Shown: positions 25,818 through 34,565 of the stretch, one piece after another | Layout of the letters: each line of letters begins with the position of its first letter | Numbering within the stretch: the stretch's first letter is position 1 | NCBI GenBank assembly: GCA_050010435.1 | Contig: JBEKKZ010000008.1 | Location: 5,511-69,510, forward strand | Reading direction: 5' to 3' | Source: Verrucomicrobiota bacterium | Lineage (GTDB): Bacteria; Verrucomicrobiota; Verrucomicrobiia; Limisphaerales; UBA11358 | Length of the DNA stretch: 64,000 bases | Position numbers and translations under genes: made by a program | The notes under the pieces: generated by a model | What the model was told of the DNA's origin: nothing | Databases searched by the model: none | Seen by the model: the letters and a program-made list of their open reading frames with translations, nothing else

Positions 25818-26045
25818 AAATGGTAAATAGTCCTTCCGATTCCGATGTGGAATGTGGATATCCCGCCTTGTGGTCAATAACCCCGGTCATTTTGTGAGCA
25901 TTTAATGGCCAATTGTGAACATGAAATCATTGTAAGTGCTCCGGCTTCCGACGACAACAGTAGGTGTGAAAATAAGAGGCAGTGTGCCTTGGATTAAACG
26001 GCGCGCGTGCAAACGGAAAGCCGCATAAAAGCAGTTTTAGAAAAC

Positions 26046-26210
26046 ATGAAAGAAACCATATCGGTGCCCGAGCCTTCCAGCCTCGGCCTGTTGATTTCCA
26101 GCCTCGGCCTGTTAATTGGCGGGTTGGGTCTGCTGATTTGGACCCATAGCACGCGGCGGCGGAATCTTCCGATCAAACCCCGTCGGGCGTTTACTGATTT
26201 TCGTGGATGA
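26046..26210 (+). pseudogene. PEP-CTERM anchor-only remnant (deletion derivative of the next gene)
   Basis: MKETIS is followed directly by VPEPSSLGLLISSLGLLIGGLGLLIWTHSTRRRNLPIKP. The leader (25995-26045) and the downstream tactgattttcgtggatgaacac block match those of gene 26331..26963. Contains a 21-bp tandem duplication (26076-26096 and 26097-26117). Confidence 0.6.
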
Positions 26211-26330
26211 ACACGGCATTACACAACGTAGAAAAAAGGGCAGCCGATCTAACGGCGCGTGCAAGCGAAAAGCCGCATAAAAGCAGCTTTAGACAACAGG
26301 AAAGCAATTAGACAACAGGAAAGCAACCAT

Positions 26331-26963
26331 ATGAAAACTTTAGCTATGAAAACCTTCATTACCGGGCTGGTACTCGCAGGATTCGTCGTGGCGTTCGCCG
26401 GCGCGGCAAATGCACAAATGATGACTGGGTCCATGGGTGTTGCTGCGGACCCGTTTGTAACTTTCACCGGTTCTTGGACCGCCTCCTCGCTCACAATGAG
26501 CGCCATCAATCTTATTACGACCAGCGAACAAGGCACCTTTCTTGCCCTAGTGCCCTCACACAGCGACCTTACGGCTTACACCACAACAATTACTGGTCTC
26601 TCTACCAGTCCTACGGCAGAAAACATTCCTGACTTTTTCGTCTTTTCTACGCCTGACGTCACATTTGCGACTTCAGGGACAACGCCTAACAACCGGTTTG
26701 AGTTCAACTTGGCCACAATTACGGACGTGGGGGGAGGTGTTTTCACCGGAACGGGAACGCTTGTCGACACCACAGCGGCCTACGCTAACACGCCAGGTAT
26801 ATTCACCCTTAGCTTCCCTGATGATGTCTACTCATTCACTATAGCGGCAGTGCCTGAGCCTTCCAGCCTCTGCCTGTTGATTGGCGGGTTGGGTCTGCTG
26901 GTTTGGACCAATCATGCGCGTCGCCGGAATCTTCCGATTAAACCCTCTCAGCGTGGTTACTGA
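26331..26963 (+). CDS. PEP-CTERM sorting-domain protein
   Basis: ORF trimmed to ATG 26331. Signal peptide MKTLAMKTFITGLVLAGFVVAFAGAANA. C-terminal VPEPSSLCLLIGGLGLLVWTNHARRR. Confidence 0.8.
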   Translation: MKTLAMKTFITGLVLAGFVVAFAGAANAQMMTGSMGVAADPFVTFTGSWTASSLTMSAINLITTSEQGTFLALVPSHSDLTAYTTTITGLSTSPTAENIPDFFVFSTPDVTFATSGTTPNNRFEFNLATITDVGGGVFTGTGTLVDTTAAYANTPGIFTLSFPDDVYSFTIAAVPEPSSLCLLIGGLGLLVWTNHARRRNLPIKPSQRGY

Positions 26964-26972
26964 TTTTCGTGG

Positions 26973-27644
26973 ATGAACACCGCATTACACAACGGAGAGG
27001 AAGTGATGGCCAATGTTGGCCGGGCCAACGGTGGCGCACGATACATGCCCCGGTTCGACCAAGACGGTCAAGACGGGTTGGGCAACGGTTTCACATCAGC
27101 CAAAGTCGAGGAGAGCTGTTGCGGTGAGGAATTAAAGCCTTTCTGGCTGGAGGACGGGCGTTTTGGCGCGGTGTGCAGAAAGTGCGGCCAGCAGTTCGCG
27201 GACAACACTCAGGTGCGGTATGGCGGTTCCCCGTGGATTGGGGTGGATCTGGACGGGACACTGGCCCGCGACCTTGGCAGCACGCGAGGGGACGAGATTG
27301 GCAGTCCGATTGAGCCGATGCTGGTCCGCGTGCAGAAATGGATTGCCGAAGGACGCACCGTAAAAATTTTCACCGCGCGCGCCTCCTCACCCAGGCAGGT
27401 GGTGGCGATAAAAGAATGGCTCGTCAGTTGTGGATTGCCGGATTTGGAAGTGACCAATGTAAAAGACCAGCGAATGATTGAGTTGTGGGACGATCGTTGC
27501 GTGCAAGTAACGACCAATTTGGGGGAACCCATCGGCAAAAAGGCGGGATTCAGGCACCCGAGACAGGCGAGGATGCGGGAAGAAGATCGGCAGGGAATAT
27601 CCTTGGGATTGTTCAACCGTCTCAGAATTTTATTGGCTCTATAG
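26973..27644 (+). CDS. Zinc-ribbon + HAD-superfamily phosphatase-like protein
   Basis: The N-terminal part has CCGEE...CRKCGQQF. This is followed by HAD motif I IGVDLDGTLA and KIFTARASS (motif II-like). The start is uncertain. Confidence 0.55.
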   Translation: MNTALHNGEEVMANVGRANGGARYMPRFDQDGQDGLGNGFTSAKVEESCCGEELKPFWLEDGRFGAVCRKCGQQFADNTQVRYGGSPWIGVDLDGTLARDLGSTRGDEIGSPIEPMLVRVQKWIAEGRTVKIFTARASSPRQVVAIKEWLVSCGLPDLEVTNVKDQRMIELWDDRCVQVTTNLGEPIGKKAGFRHPRQARMREEDRQGISLGLFNRLRILLAL

Positions 27645-27683
27645 TTCATGATTAATTTGAACCCAAAACCATTTCTTGGCGCA

Positions 27684-27762
27684 GGAATCGTGGCGTGTGA
27701 CCAGGATTCAAGCGGGCCCCCGCAAAAAAACTAATCAAAAAAAACAAAACTCGAATCAGAAA
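27684..27762 (+). repeat. Conserved ~80-bp leader block upstream of a PEP-CTERM gene, copy 1
   Basis: ggaatcgtggcg..ggattcaagcgggcccccgcaaaaaaactaatcaaaaaaaacaaaactcgaatcagaaaa. Compare with 28480-28557. Confidence 0.65.
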
Positions 27763-27767
27763 AGTTT

Positions 27768-28364
27768 ATGAAAATTAGAACGCTTGCAATTATGGCCGCG
27801 TTGCTGGCGGGTGCCGGTTTCAGCCGGGCGGATATCACGGGTATCAACATCTGGGATTATAACAACTCTGTTTTGACTTGTTCTTATGGCCCTCTAACAG
27901 GCAGCTCCGGTAACTACCAGTATGGCATTGATGGGACGCAGCTCGCATGGGCCGTGGGGAGCATGGGAGGCACTATCTCTACGGATGGGGACCCAACGCT
28001 GCAACTCGGCGAGCAAATTAATAATGATACCGGGTCAACTTGGAACGACTACCACGTCACGATTACGATGAGCCAGTCGTTTTCATTTTCCAATGTCGGC
28101 GTGACCAATGGTGGGTGGACAGACATTGTCACCGCGCCGACCTTGGTTGGCAGCGACTGGGTTGGGCACATCGACTATTATGCCGGCAATCTGGTTCCAA
28201 ATGGCGGCACGCTGGATTTTAGTCTTTCAATAGCCTTCACTGGAACTACGAGTTTTGAGGAAGATCTGATGCCCTCCACGGTCCCCGAGCCCGGGACATT
28301 CGCACTCATGGTTTGTGGGCTGACAGGTCTGTTGGTCATGCGGCGGCGTTCGGCCATGAAATAA
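27768..28364 (+). CDS. PEP-CTERM sorting-domain protein
   Basis: Signal peptide MKIRTLAIMAALLAGAGFSRA. C-terminal VPEPGTFALMVCGLTGLLVMRRR. Confidence 0.8.
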   Translation: MKIRTLAIMAALLAGAGFSRADITGINIWDYNNSVLTCSYGPLTGSSGNYQYGIDGTQLAWAVGSMGGTISTDGDPTLQLGEQINNDTGSTWNDYHVTITMSQSFSFSNVGVTNGGWTDIVTAPTLVGSDWVGHIDYYAGNLVPNGGTLDFSLSIAFTGTTSFEEDLMPSTVPEPGTFALMVCGLTGLLVMRRRSAMK

Positions 28365-28479
28365 CCAGATAACCATTAAAACCCGCCGTATTATGCGTAT
28401 TCCAGAGAACCCAATCAATCCCATGTCACTCCTTTGGTATCTGGATTACGCACTGGCCCTCTTTTTGATTTTTGTCACC

Positions 28480-28594
28480 GGAATCCTGGCGGGCAGCCGG
28501 GATTCAAAAAAAGCCCCCGCAAAAAGCTAATCAGAAAAACAAAACTCGAATCAGAAATGTATTCAAGCAGGCCCCCGCAAAAAACCAACTGAAG
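28480..28594 (+). repeat. Leader block copy 2, plus a third partial copy of the attcaagc-ggcccccgcaaaaaa motif
   Basis: ggaatcctggcgggcagccgggattcaaaaaaagcccccgcaaaaagctaatcagaaaaacaaaactcgaatcagaaatg, followed by attcaagcaggcccccgcaaaaaacc (28561-28586). Confidence 0.65.
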
Positions 28595-28630
28595 AAAAGT
28601 TAACAACAGCAACAAAAACAGAAAGGGAAT

Positions 28631-29290
28631 ATGACAGTACGGAAATTACAACTGGCGATCATGGCGGCCGGTTTGGCCGGTGCGATGAGTGCGAGCGCCG
28701 TAACCCTTACATTTGATAATGTAGACCCCTCCCAAACGGTAAATCTCACCGATCCTTGGATCTCAAGTGGAGCAAATGCCGGAATATACAATCTGACCGT
28801 GGATGGAGTGGCGACCCCCTCATTCTGCATTGATGTAGCTGACGAAAATAACGGGAATACGTTCAGCGACTACTATTATAGCGACCTTGCATCTGCTCCG
28901 CTGGCTCCCGCCGGTCCCATGGGCGCTACTGCCGCAACCGATGTCGAGAAACTATGGGCAGCGTACTACTCTCCCTCCATGGACAGCCTGGATGCCGCAG
29001 CCCTGCAGGTGGCCATGTGGGAGGACATAGCCGCGAAGGCCATAACTCCATACAGCATCACCGTGAGTGGCAATGATCCGGTTACAACCGAAGCCACCGC
29101 CATGATAGCCAACCTCGTTAACCTCAGTGCTCAGGCAGATCTGGTGGGTTTGGTGGGTCCCAATGGCCCCAGTGGTGAACAGAGTTATGTTGTGGCCGTT
29201 CCCGAGCCCACGACGGCTGGCTGTTTTCTGCTGGGCTTGGGTGCCTTGGCTTGTTTCCTGGTGCTTGAGACAAAAAGCCGGCGCGTTTGA
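28631..29290 (+). CDS. PEP-CTERM sorting-domain protein
   Basis: Signal peptide MTVRKLQLAIMAAGLAGAMSASA. C-terminal VPEPTTAGCFLLGLGALACFLVLETKSRR. Confidence 0.8.
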   Translation: MTVRKLQLAIMAAGLAGAMSASAVTLTFDNVDPSQTVNLTDPWISSGANAGIYNLTVDGVATPSFCIDVADENNGNTFSDYYYSDLASAPLAPAGPMGATAATDVEKLWAAYYSPSMDSLDAAALQVAMWEDIAAKAITPYSITVSGNDPVTTEATAMIANLVNLSAQADLVGLVGPNGPSGEQSYVVAVPEPTTAGCFLLGLGALACFLVLETKSRRV

Positions 29291-29349
29291 TTTCTGGCAC
29301 TCGAAATAATCCACAAACTTTCAATCCAAACAAACAAAACCTATCAGTT

Positions 29350-30228
29350 ATGGAAAATTCTAAATCAGGAAACCGCCCGTGTAACGCCAAAGTGAAACCA
29401 TCCATCAGTTGCGGGTATTTGATAGCCGCATTGCTGTTAACAGCAATGGCAGGTGTTTCCCACGGTGGCACGGTTGTGGTCACCCCTGGAAATATGGACG
29501 GCTGGGCTTTCTTGACCACGGACGCCGACGGTGTCGCGGCTCCAGGAAACGGCAATACCGCTCAAATGGTCACCGGGCCCGCCACTCCGCCGCTGGGCAC
29601 AGGAAGCGCTCAATTGGGCACGGCATCGGGTCAAGGCGATACATCTTCCCAAATCCGCAACACTGCCTACGCGGGCACCCCCCTAGCTGATCTAACTGTA
29701 CTTAGCTACTCGACCTACATGACCGCCAACAACGGCCAGCAGTTTCCCTATATCGAGTTGAATATCGCCACAACCGGCTCCGGCGCGCCGGACGACATAC
29801 TCTTTTTTGAGCCGCCCTATCAGACCCCCACCAGCGGCAATCCCAACCTTCTAAATCAGGGCGATTCTGTCCTCAACACATGGCAGACATGGAATGCTTT
29901 GGCGGGCGGCTGGTGGGACAACAATGGCGTCCTGAATCCAGGTACGGGCGTTGGTTCACTCGCTGACTATCTGGTCACCTACCCGGATGCAACAATTGAA
30001 AACTCGTCGGCCGGATACGGCGGCGTCCGCCTGACCGTTGGCTTTGCCTCCCCGGAAGACAATTTCAACGGCTACGTTGATAATGTCACCATCGGCACAA
30101 CCGGTGGAACAACCACCTACGACTTTGAACCAGCCACCGTTCCCGAGCCCACGACGGCTGGCTGTTTTCTGCTGGGCTTGGGTGCCTTGGTTTATTTCCA
30201 ACGCTTTACCCAAAAGCGACGTTCCTGA
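29350..30228 (+). CDS. PEP-CTERM sorting-domain protein
   Basis: ORF 29287..30228 trimmed to ATG 29350 (MENSKSG...YLIAALLLTAMAGVSHG). C-terminal VPEPTTAGCFLLGLGALVYFQRFTQKRR. Confidence 0.75.
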   Translation: MENSKSGNRPCNAKVKPSISCGYLIAALLLTAMAGVSHGGTVVVTPGNMDGWAFLTTDADGVAAPGNGNTAQMVTGPATPPLGTGSAQLGTASGQGDTSSQIRNTAYAGTPLADLTVLSYSTYMTANNGQQFPYIELNIATTGSGAPDDILFFEPPYQTPTSGNPNLLNQGDSVLNTWQTWNALAGGWWDNNGVLNPGTGVGSLADYLVTYPDATIENSSAGYGGVRLTVGFASPEDNFNGYVDNVTIGTTGGTTTYDFEPATVPEPTTAGCFLLGLGALVYFQRFTQKRRS

Positions 30229-30409
30229 TTCAGCGTAACATTCAAAATGCAGCAACATTCATTTGTTCTGTAAAAATGGGCACCGTATTGGGTCGGTTCA
30301 AAAATAAACAACAATAGGGCAATCGTGTGAAAGAAAGACTTCTGGATTAGGCGTCGAGCCAGAAGTCGCTTTCCGCGGTGGTCGAAAACAGAAGGTAAAC
30401 ATGAAAAAA
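30139..30409 (+). repeat. Conserved anchor+leader module A (PEP-CTERM codons, stop, ~170-nt intergenic leader, next ATG)
   Basis: Near-identical by eye to 31142-31413. Starts gttcccgagcccacgacggctggctgttttctgctgggcttgggtgccttgg and ends ...gtcgaaaacagaaggtaaacatgaaaaaa. Confidence 0.8.
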
Positions 30410-31231
30410 CTACAAATAGCAATATTCGCGATCAGTTTGGCCGGCGCAATGACCGCCAGCGCGCAGGTAACCATCACCGTCGATGCGACCATGGCCCCGA
30501 ACGGTTGGGGCTCGCCATCCTACGATACTTGGGCTGCAAACGGTATTTACGCCATGGAAAACGGTTTGACTTCGTATGGCGCCGCCGGTCCCGCGCAATT
30601 CAATGTCACGACCAGCCCGTTGCCCGTCGCCGCCAACTTCGCGACTGGTTTCAACTCTTGGTTGGGGCAAGCGCCGGGGCCGTACGCAGGCGAGCTTGGT
30701 AATCGGGCCTCTTTTGTGGCCGTGATCAACGGTAATGGCAGCTTGATAAACATGAATAACTTCGGCATGACCATGAGCAGTACCGACCCGGGAAATGCGC
30801 TTGGTTGGAGCTGGCCAAATAACAGTATTCTTCCGGGTGACTGGACTTACGACGCTGGTGACATCGGACTCATTTTCAATAATGGCGTCAATACTGCCGG
30901 CGGATTCACGGTTGTCAACAGTGGCGATCCCGGGCAAATGGTCAATGAAATCATCAGCATAGGAGCAGGCAACGCTTACGCTAGTTACGACACACTCGCA
31001 ACAGGCGATGACGACCCTAATCCTAGTGATACCGATCAACAAATCCTCAACTATGATATCGCGCAAGTAGGTAGTTATGACTTCACCGGCACTTTCACGT
31101 GCGGCGATGCCAGTGGCTCCGCCACCTTTGATTTCACCGCCGTTCCCGAGCCCACGACGGCTGGCTGTTTTCTGCTGGGCTTGGGTGCCTTGGTTTGTTT
31201 CCAACGCTTTACCCAAAAGCAACGTTCCTGA
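30401..31231 (+). CDS. PEP-CTERM sorting-domain protein
   Basis: Signal peptide MKKLQIAIFAISLAGAMTASA. C-terminal VPEPTTAGCFLLGLGALVCFQRFTQKQR. Confidence 0.8.
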   Translation: MKKLQIAIFAISLAGAMTASAQVTITVDATMAPNGWGSPSYDTWAANGIYAMENGLTSYGAAGPAQFNVTTSPLPVAANFATGFNSWLGQAPGPYAGELGNRASFVAVINGNGSLINMNNFGMTMSSTDPGNALGWSWPNNSILPGDWTYDAGDIGLIFNNGVNTAGGFTVVNSGDPGQMVNEIISIGAGNAYASYDTLATGDDDPNPSDTDQQILNYDIAQVGSYDFTGTFTCGDASGSATFDFTAVPEPTTAGCFLLGLGALVCFQRFTQKQRS

Positions 31232-31413
31232 TCCAGCGGGACATTCAAAAGGCAGCAACATTCATTTGTTCTGTAAAAATGGGCACCGTATTGGGTCGGT
31301 TCAAAAATAAACAACATTAGGGCAATCGTGTGAAAGAAAGAATTCCGGATTAGATGTCGAGCCAGAAGTCGCTTTCCGCGATGGTCGAAATCAAGAAAGG
31401 AAACATGAAAAAA
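31142..31413 (+). repeat. Conserved anchor+leader module B
   Basis: See 30139-30409. A third, anchor-only copy lies at 29198-29249. Confidence 0.8.
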
Positions 31414-32220
31414 ACATTAGTAGTACTTGCGATCCTGCTGACTGCTGGTTTATCGACCAGGATTTTCGGTTCGGTCGTGGTCTTGGGACCCAGTGATGCC
31501 GCTAACGGCCCCATCAGCAACGGCAGCGCTGCCATTGATACCACAACCAGTGAGGCCATGATCGGCACAGGAGCATGGCAAGCCAACGGGACCGCAGCGT
31601 CTCAGTATTATCTTTATGCCAACGCCAACAGTTCTACCGAACTAGGTCTTGGTCAGCTCACGATCAGCGAGCTGAGCGGGCTCAGCTTTTCCACCTTTAA
31701 CACCACGGCGGTAGTGGGCAACTGGTATCTGATCATTTACACTGCTCCTTACTCTGGCGGCGAAGCATCGTGGTATGGCAATCGCCTGATACTGGAGCCA
31801 TATCTCGCGAACAATTATAGCAACCCGCTCAACCAGTGGGTTACCTTCTCAACCGCGTCCGGTGCCAATCAATTGAGGCTCGATGATAGTGGCCTTTCAG
31901 GGAACCAGGGGTTCTATGGTCAGCCGACGTTGGCAAACATCCAAGGCGGCTCGATCACCTGGAGTGCTTATACCACCGGCGGAAGTTCTACGCCTATTAA
32001 TTACGGGGGCCAGAACATCGAGGGCATTGTATTAGCAACGGGGTCAGGGTGGGCGGCCGGGTTCACTGGCTTGGTTGATAACGTTAACATTGACACTACC
32101 CAGGGAAATGTGCAATTCGATCTCGAATCCGTACCCGAGCCCACGACGATGACGATTATTATCGCGGGCGCGTTGCTGCTGCTGCCCCTGCGGATGCTGC
32201 GCAAGACCCGCACGGGCTAA
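31405..32220 (+). CDS. PEP-CTERM sorting-domain protein
   Basis: ORF trimmed to ATG 31405 (MKKTLVVLAILLTAGLSTRIFG). C-terminal VPEPTTMTIIIAGALLLLPLRMLRKTR. Confidence 0.8.
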   Translation: MKKTLVVLAILLTAGLSTRIFGSVVVLGPSDAANGPISNGSAAIDTTTSEAMIGTGAWQANGTAASQYYLYANANSSTELGLGQLTISELSGLSFSTFNTTAVVGNWYLIIYTAPYSGGEASWYGNRLILEPYLANNYSNPLNQWVTFSTASGANQLRLDDSGLSGNQGFYGQPTLANIQGGSITWSAYTTGGSSTPINYGGQNIEGIVLATGSGWAAGFTGLVDNVNIDTTQGNVQFDLESVPEPTTMTIIIAGALLLLPLRMLRKTRTG

Positions 32221-32365
32221 AAGTTGATCAAGTTGGATTTTCGAATCGTTGTTCACCAATCAGGCCGGTCCTCGAAACCGGCCTGATTATTTTGCGGAGC
32301 TTGACCGCTGCGCACAAATTCCGCGGCACCGATGTGCCCGACCTGCCGCGACCTGTCGAGCTAGT

Positions 32366-34315
32366 TCACGGATCAAGGTGGTAGCGGCGGTTCATGTAGA
32401 GTTCATCCGCCACCTGAAAAATGGCCTCGGCGTTTTTCTCCAGTTCCAAATCTTCCGGCGTGGGCTGCGGCGTCAGTTCCAAATTCACGGCGTGCGGGTT
32501 CCCGGCATAGAATTTGACCGTTTTTTGCAGGCCCAGCACCACCATCCGGTCATGGGCGAACATCCCGATGTCGCGGTTGTGATTCAGCAAGGCATGGAAT
32601 GTGTCCGGCGGGTCGTGCAAAAGGTCGCGTCCCAGAAACAGGCTTTCATAGGGACGGCCAATCAGGCCGAGAATCGTCGGCGGCACGTCCAACGAGCAGC
32701 CGGGCGCGGGGAGGCGTTGCGGTTGGGGCGCGACCGCCGGGCCGAGGATCACGAGCGGGATTTCGTAGGAAAAAATCGGGATGTCCTGGCTGCCATAGAC
32801 CCGCGCGCCATGGTCGGCCACGACGACAAAAATGGTGTTCGTCCAAAATGCCTCCGGTTTCGCGGCCTTGAAAAACTGGCCGAGACACCAGTCGGTGTAT
32901 TTGACAACGTTGTCGCGTGTGCCATTCGGGTTTTCGGGAATGCGGCCCTGGGGATAAGTGTAAGGCTTGTGGTTCGACACTGACAGGAGGGTGGCGAAGA
33001 ACGGTTTGTGGGTCTGGCTCAAGGCGCAGAATTGCCGGATGGCGCCCGCGTATAAATCCTCGTCGCTCACGCCCCAGACGGTCACGAAGGCCGGATTGGG
33101 AAAATCCTTTTGATCCACAATGCGGTCATAGCCATTGGCGGCCAGGAACGGTTTCATGTTGTCGAACATGGCGTGCCCGCCGTAGAGGAACAGCGTGTCA
33201 TAGCCGTCGCGCTTGAGCACGCGCGCAATGGTCTCGACGTTTTCGGAGCGGTCGCGGTGCACAATCGCATCGCCGGGCAGCGGTGGGAACGACGACAGCG
33301 CGCCTTCCATGCCGCGCACGGTGCGGTTGCCGGAGGCGTAAATGTTGTCGAACAATAGGCCTTCCTGCGTGACGAGCCGGTCCATTTCCGGCGTCAGCGT
33401 GTTCGTGCGGCCGAGGCAGCCCCAGAATTCCGAGCCGAGGCTCTCTTCGAGCAAAATCACGACGTTCAAGCGCGGGCGATTGGGATCGCCGGAAATTTTT
33501 CGTTCGATGCTGAAATTATCGCCGATGAAGGTCGCATTGGTCGAGGCCAGCAGGCGATGCACGCGGGCGTAGGCTTCATCTCGCGGCAGGGTTTTGTAAA
33601 AGGTGGGATAATCGAGATTGCGCGTCCACGCGGCGGCGAAAAAGGAGAGCGCGCCATTGTTGGCAATTTCGTTGAGCGTGCGGTCTTCGCTGACGTGCGG
33701 CGGATTCAAATTGGCCGTCCGGCTCAGGCCGGCAAACAAAATCAACGCGCTGGCGAACCAGAGAAACCGCGTTCCGATCCAGACCGGCTTCATCCACATT
33801 GTTTTGAACAATCGCCCTGCCAGCCACGTCCACGCCGCGCCGATGAACAGGCAGCCGGCGACGACCGCCGGGACGGGATAGGCGTCCCAGATGTTGATGA
33901 ACACCTCGCGCGGATAAATCAGATAGTCCACGGCGACGGGATTGAAGCGCGATTTGAATTCCGCGAAGAAATAAAATTCCGCCGCGAGCAAAAACACCTG
34001 CACGGCCCAGAGCAGGGTCATGAAAAACCGGAACCAGAGGCGGTGGATGAGCGACGCGAACGGGCGGTTGCCGACGATGAAACACCAAAACAGCGGCGGC
34101 AGCATGAACCACAGCGCGGCGATGACGTCGCGGTAAAAGCCGGCGGCAAAGGCCAGCAGAATGTTCCAGGGCGCGGCGGAAGGCGGGCCGAATTGAAGCA
34201 GCAACACGAGACGCAAAACGGTGAAGGCGGCCAGCAGCGATACAGAACAGAACACGAGGAAGCCATAGCGCGAGCGCGGTTTTTTCTGAAAACGCGATGC
34301 TGGATTTTTGTTCAT
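32366..34315 (-). CDS. LTA-synthase/sulfatase-family membrane protein (phosphoglycerol/phosphoethanolamine transferase-like)
   Basis: The N-terminal ~200 aa are polytopic. The extracytoplasmic sulfatase-like domain has VVILLEESLG, NIYASGNRTVRG and SNHKPY. Confidence 0.8.
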   Translation of the reverse strand: MNKNPASRFQKKPRSRYGFLVFCSVSLLAAFTVLRLVLLLQFGPPSAAPWNILLAFAAGFYRDVIAALWFMLPPLFWCFIVGNRPFASLIHRLWFRFFMTLLWAVQVFLLAAEFYFFAEFKSRFNPVAVDYLIYPREVFINIWDAYPVPAVVAGCLFIGAAWTWLAGRLFKTMWMKPVWIGTRFLWFASALILFAGLSRTANLNPPHVSEDRTLNEIANNGALSFFAAAWTRNLDYPTFYKTLPRDEAYARVHRLLASTNATFIGDNFSIERKISGDPNRPRLNVVILLEESLGSEFWGCLGRTNTLTPEMDRLVTQEGLLFDNIYASGNRTVRGMEGALSSFPPLPGDAIVHRDRSENVETIARVLKRDGYDTLFLYGGHAMFDNMKPFLAANGYDRIVDQKDFPNPAFVTVWGVSDEDLYAGAIRQFCALSQTHKPFFATLLSVSNHKPYTYPQGRIPENPNGTRDNVVKYTDWCLGQFFKAAKPEAFWTNTIFVVVADHGARVYGSQDIPIFSYEIPLVILGPAVAPQPQRLPAPGCSLDVPPTILGLIGRPYESLFLGRDLLHDPPDTFHALLNHNRDIGMFAHDRMVVLGLQKTVKFYAGNPHAVNLELTPQPTPEDLELEKNAEAIFQVADELYMNRRYHLDP

Positions 34316-34488
34316 ATTTTAGTCCGGCAAACTGGCCAGCGTTCCCCAAATCGGGCCGCGCTGGACTTGAAACCCTGACCAAATGAGCTTAGAGGCGTTC
34401 AGCTTTTTGTCCAAGCCGGTTTTCGGCGGGCATGGTTCAGATTTGACAGTGCGCGGTTTGTGCGCAGAATGTAATGCCGGTCTCGGTT

Positions 34489-34565
34489 GCCAGCGTAGCT
34501 CAGTTGGTTAGAGCGTGGGACTCATAAGCCCGAGGTCACTGGTTCGATTCCAGTCGCTGGCACCA
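34489..34565 (+). tRNA. tRNA-Met (anticodon CAT; elongator type, tRNA-Ile2/lysidine not excluded)
   Basis: Manual cloverleaf: acceptor GCCAGCG/CGCTGGC, D arm GCTC/GAGC, anticodon loop CTCATAA, T arm ACTGG-TTCGATT-CCAGT, encoded CCA. The G1-C72 pair argues against an initiator. One A/G mismatch closes the anticodon stem. Confidence 0.85.

Noticed and set aside
26076-26117. Short tandem repeat considered as a possible CRISPR/minisatellite.
   Set aside because: There are only two 21-bp units with no spacers, and they lie inside a PEP-CTERM hydrophobic segment (a duplicated SSLGLLI). No CRISPR-like array was seen anywhere in the window.
30275-30295. Sigma54-like box (GGGCACcgtatTGGG) in the conserved PEP-CTERM leaders, also at ~31278.
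   Set aside because: The -24 GG is present but the obligatory -12 GC is replaced by GG. It does not meet the minimal consensus, unlike the pseudopilin promoters.
34489-34565. tRNA-Met considered as an integration hotspot for the upstream PEP-CTERM/LTA-synthase region.
   Set aside because: There is no integrase and no direct repeat of the tRNA 3' end in the window. The downstream genes are the core mre operon.
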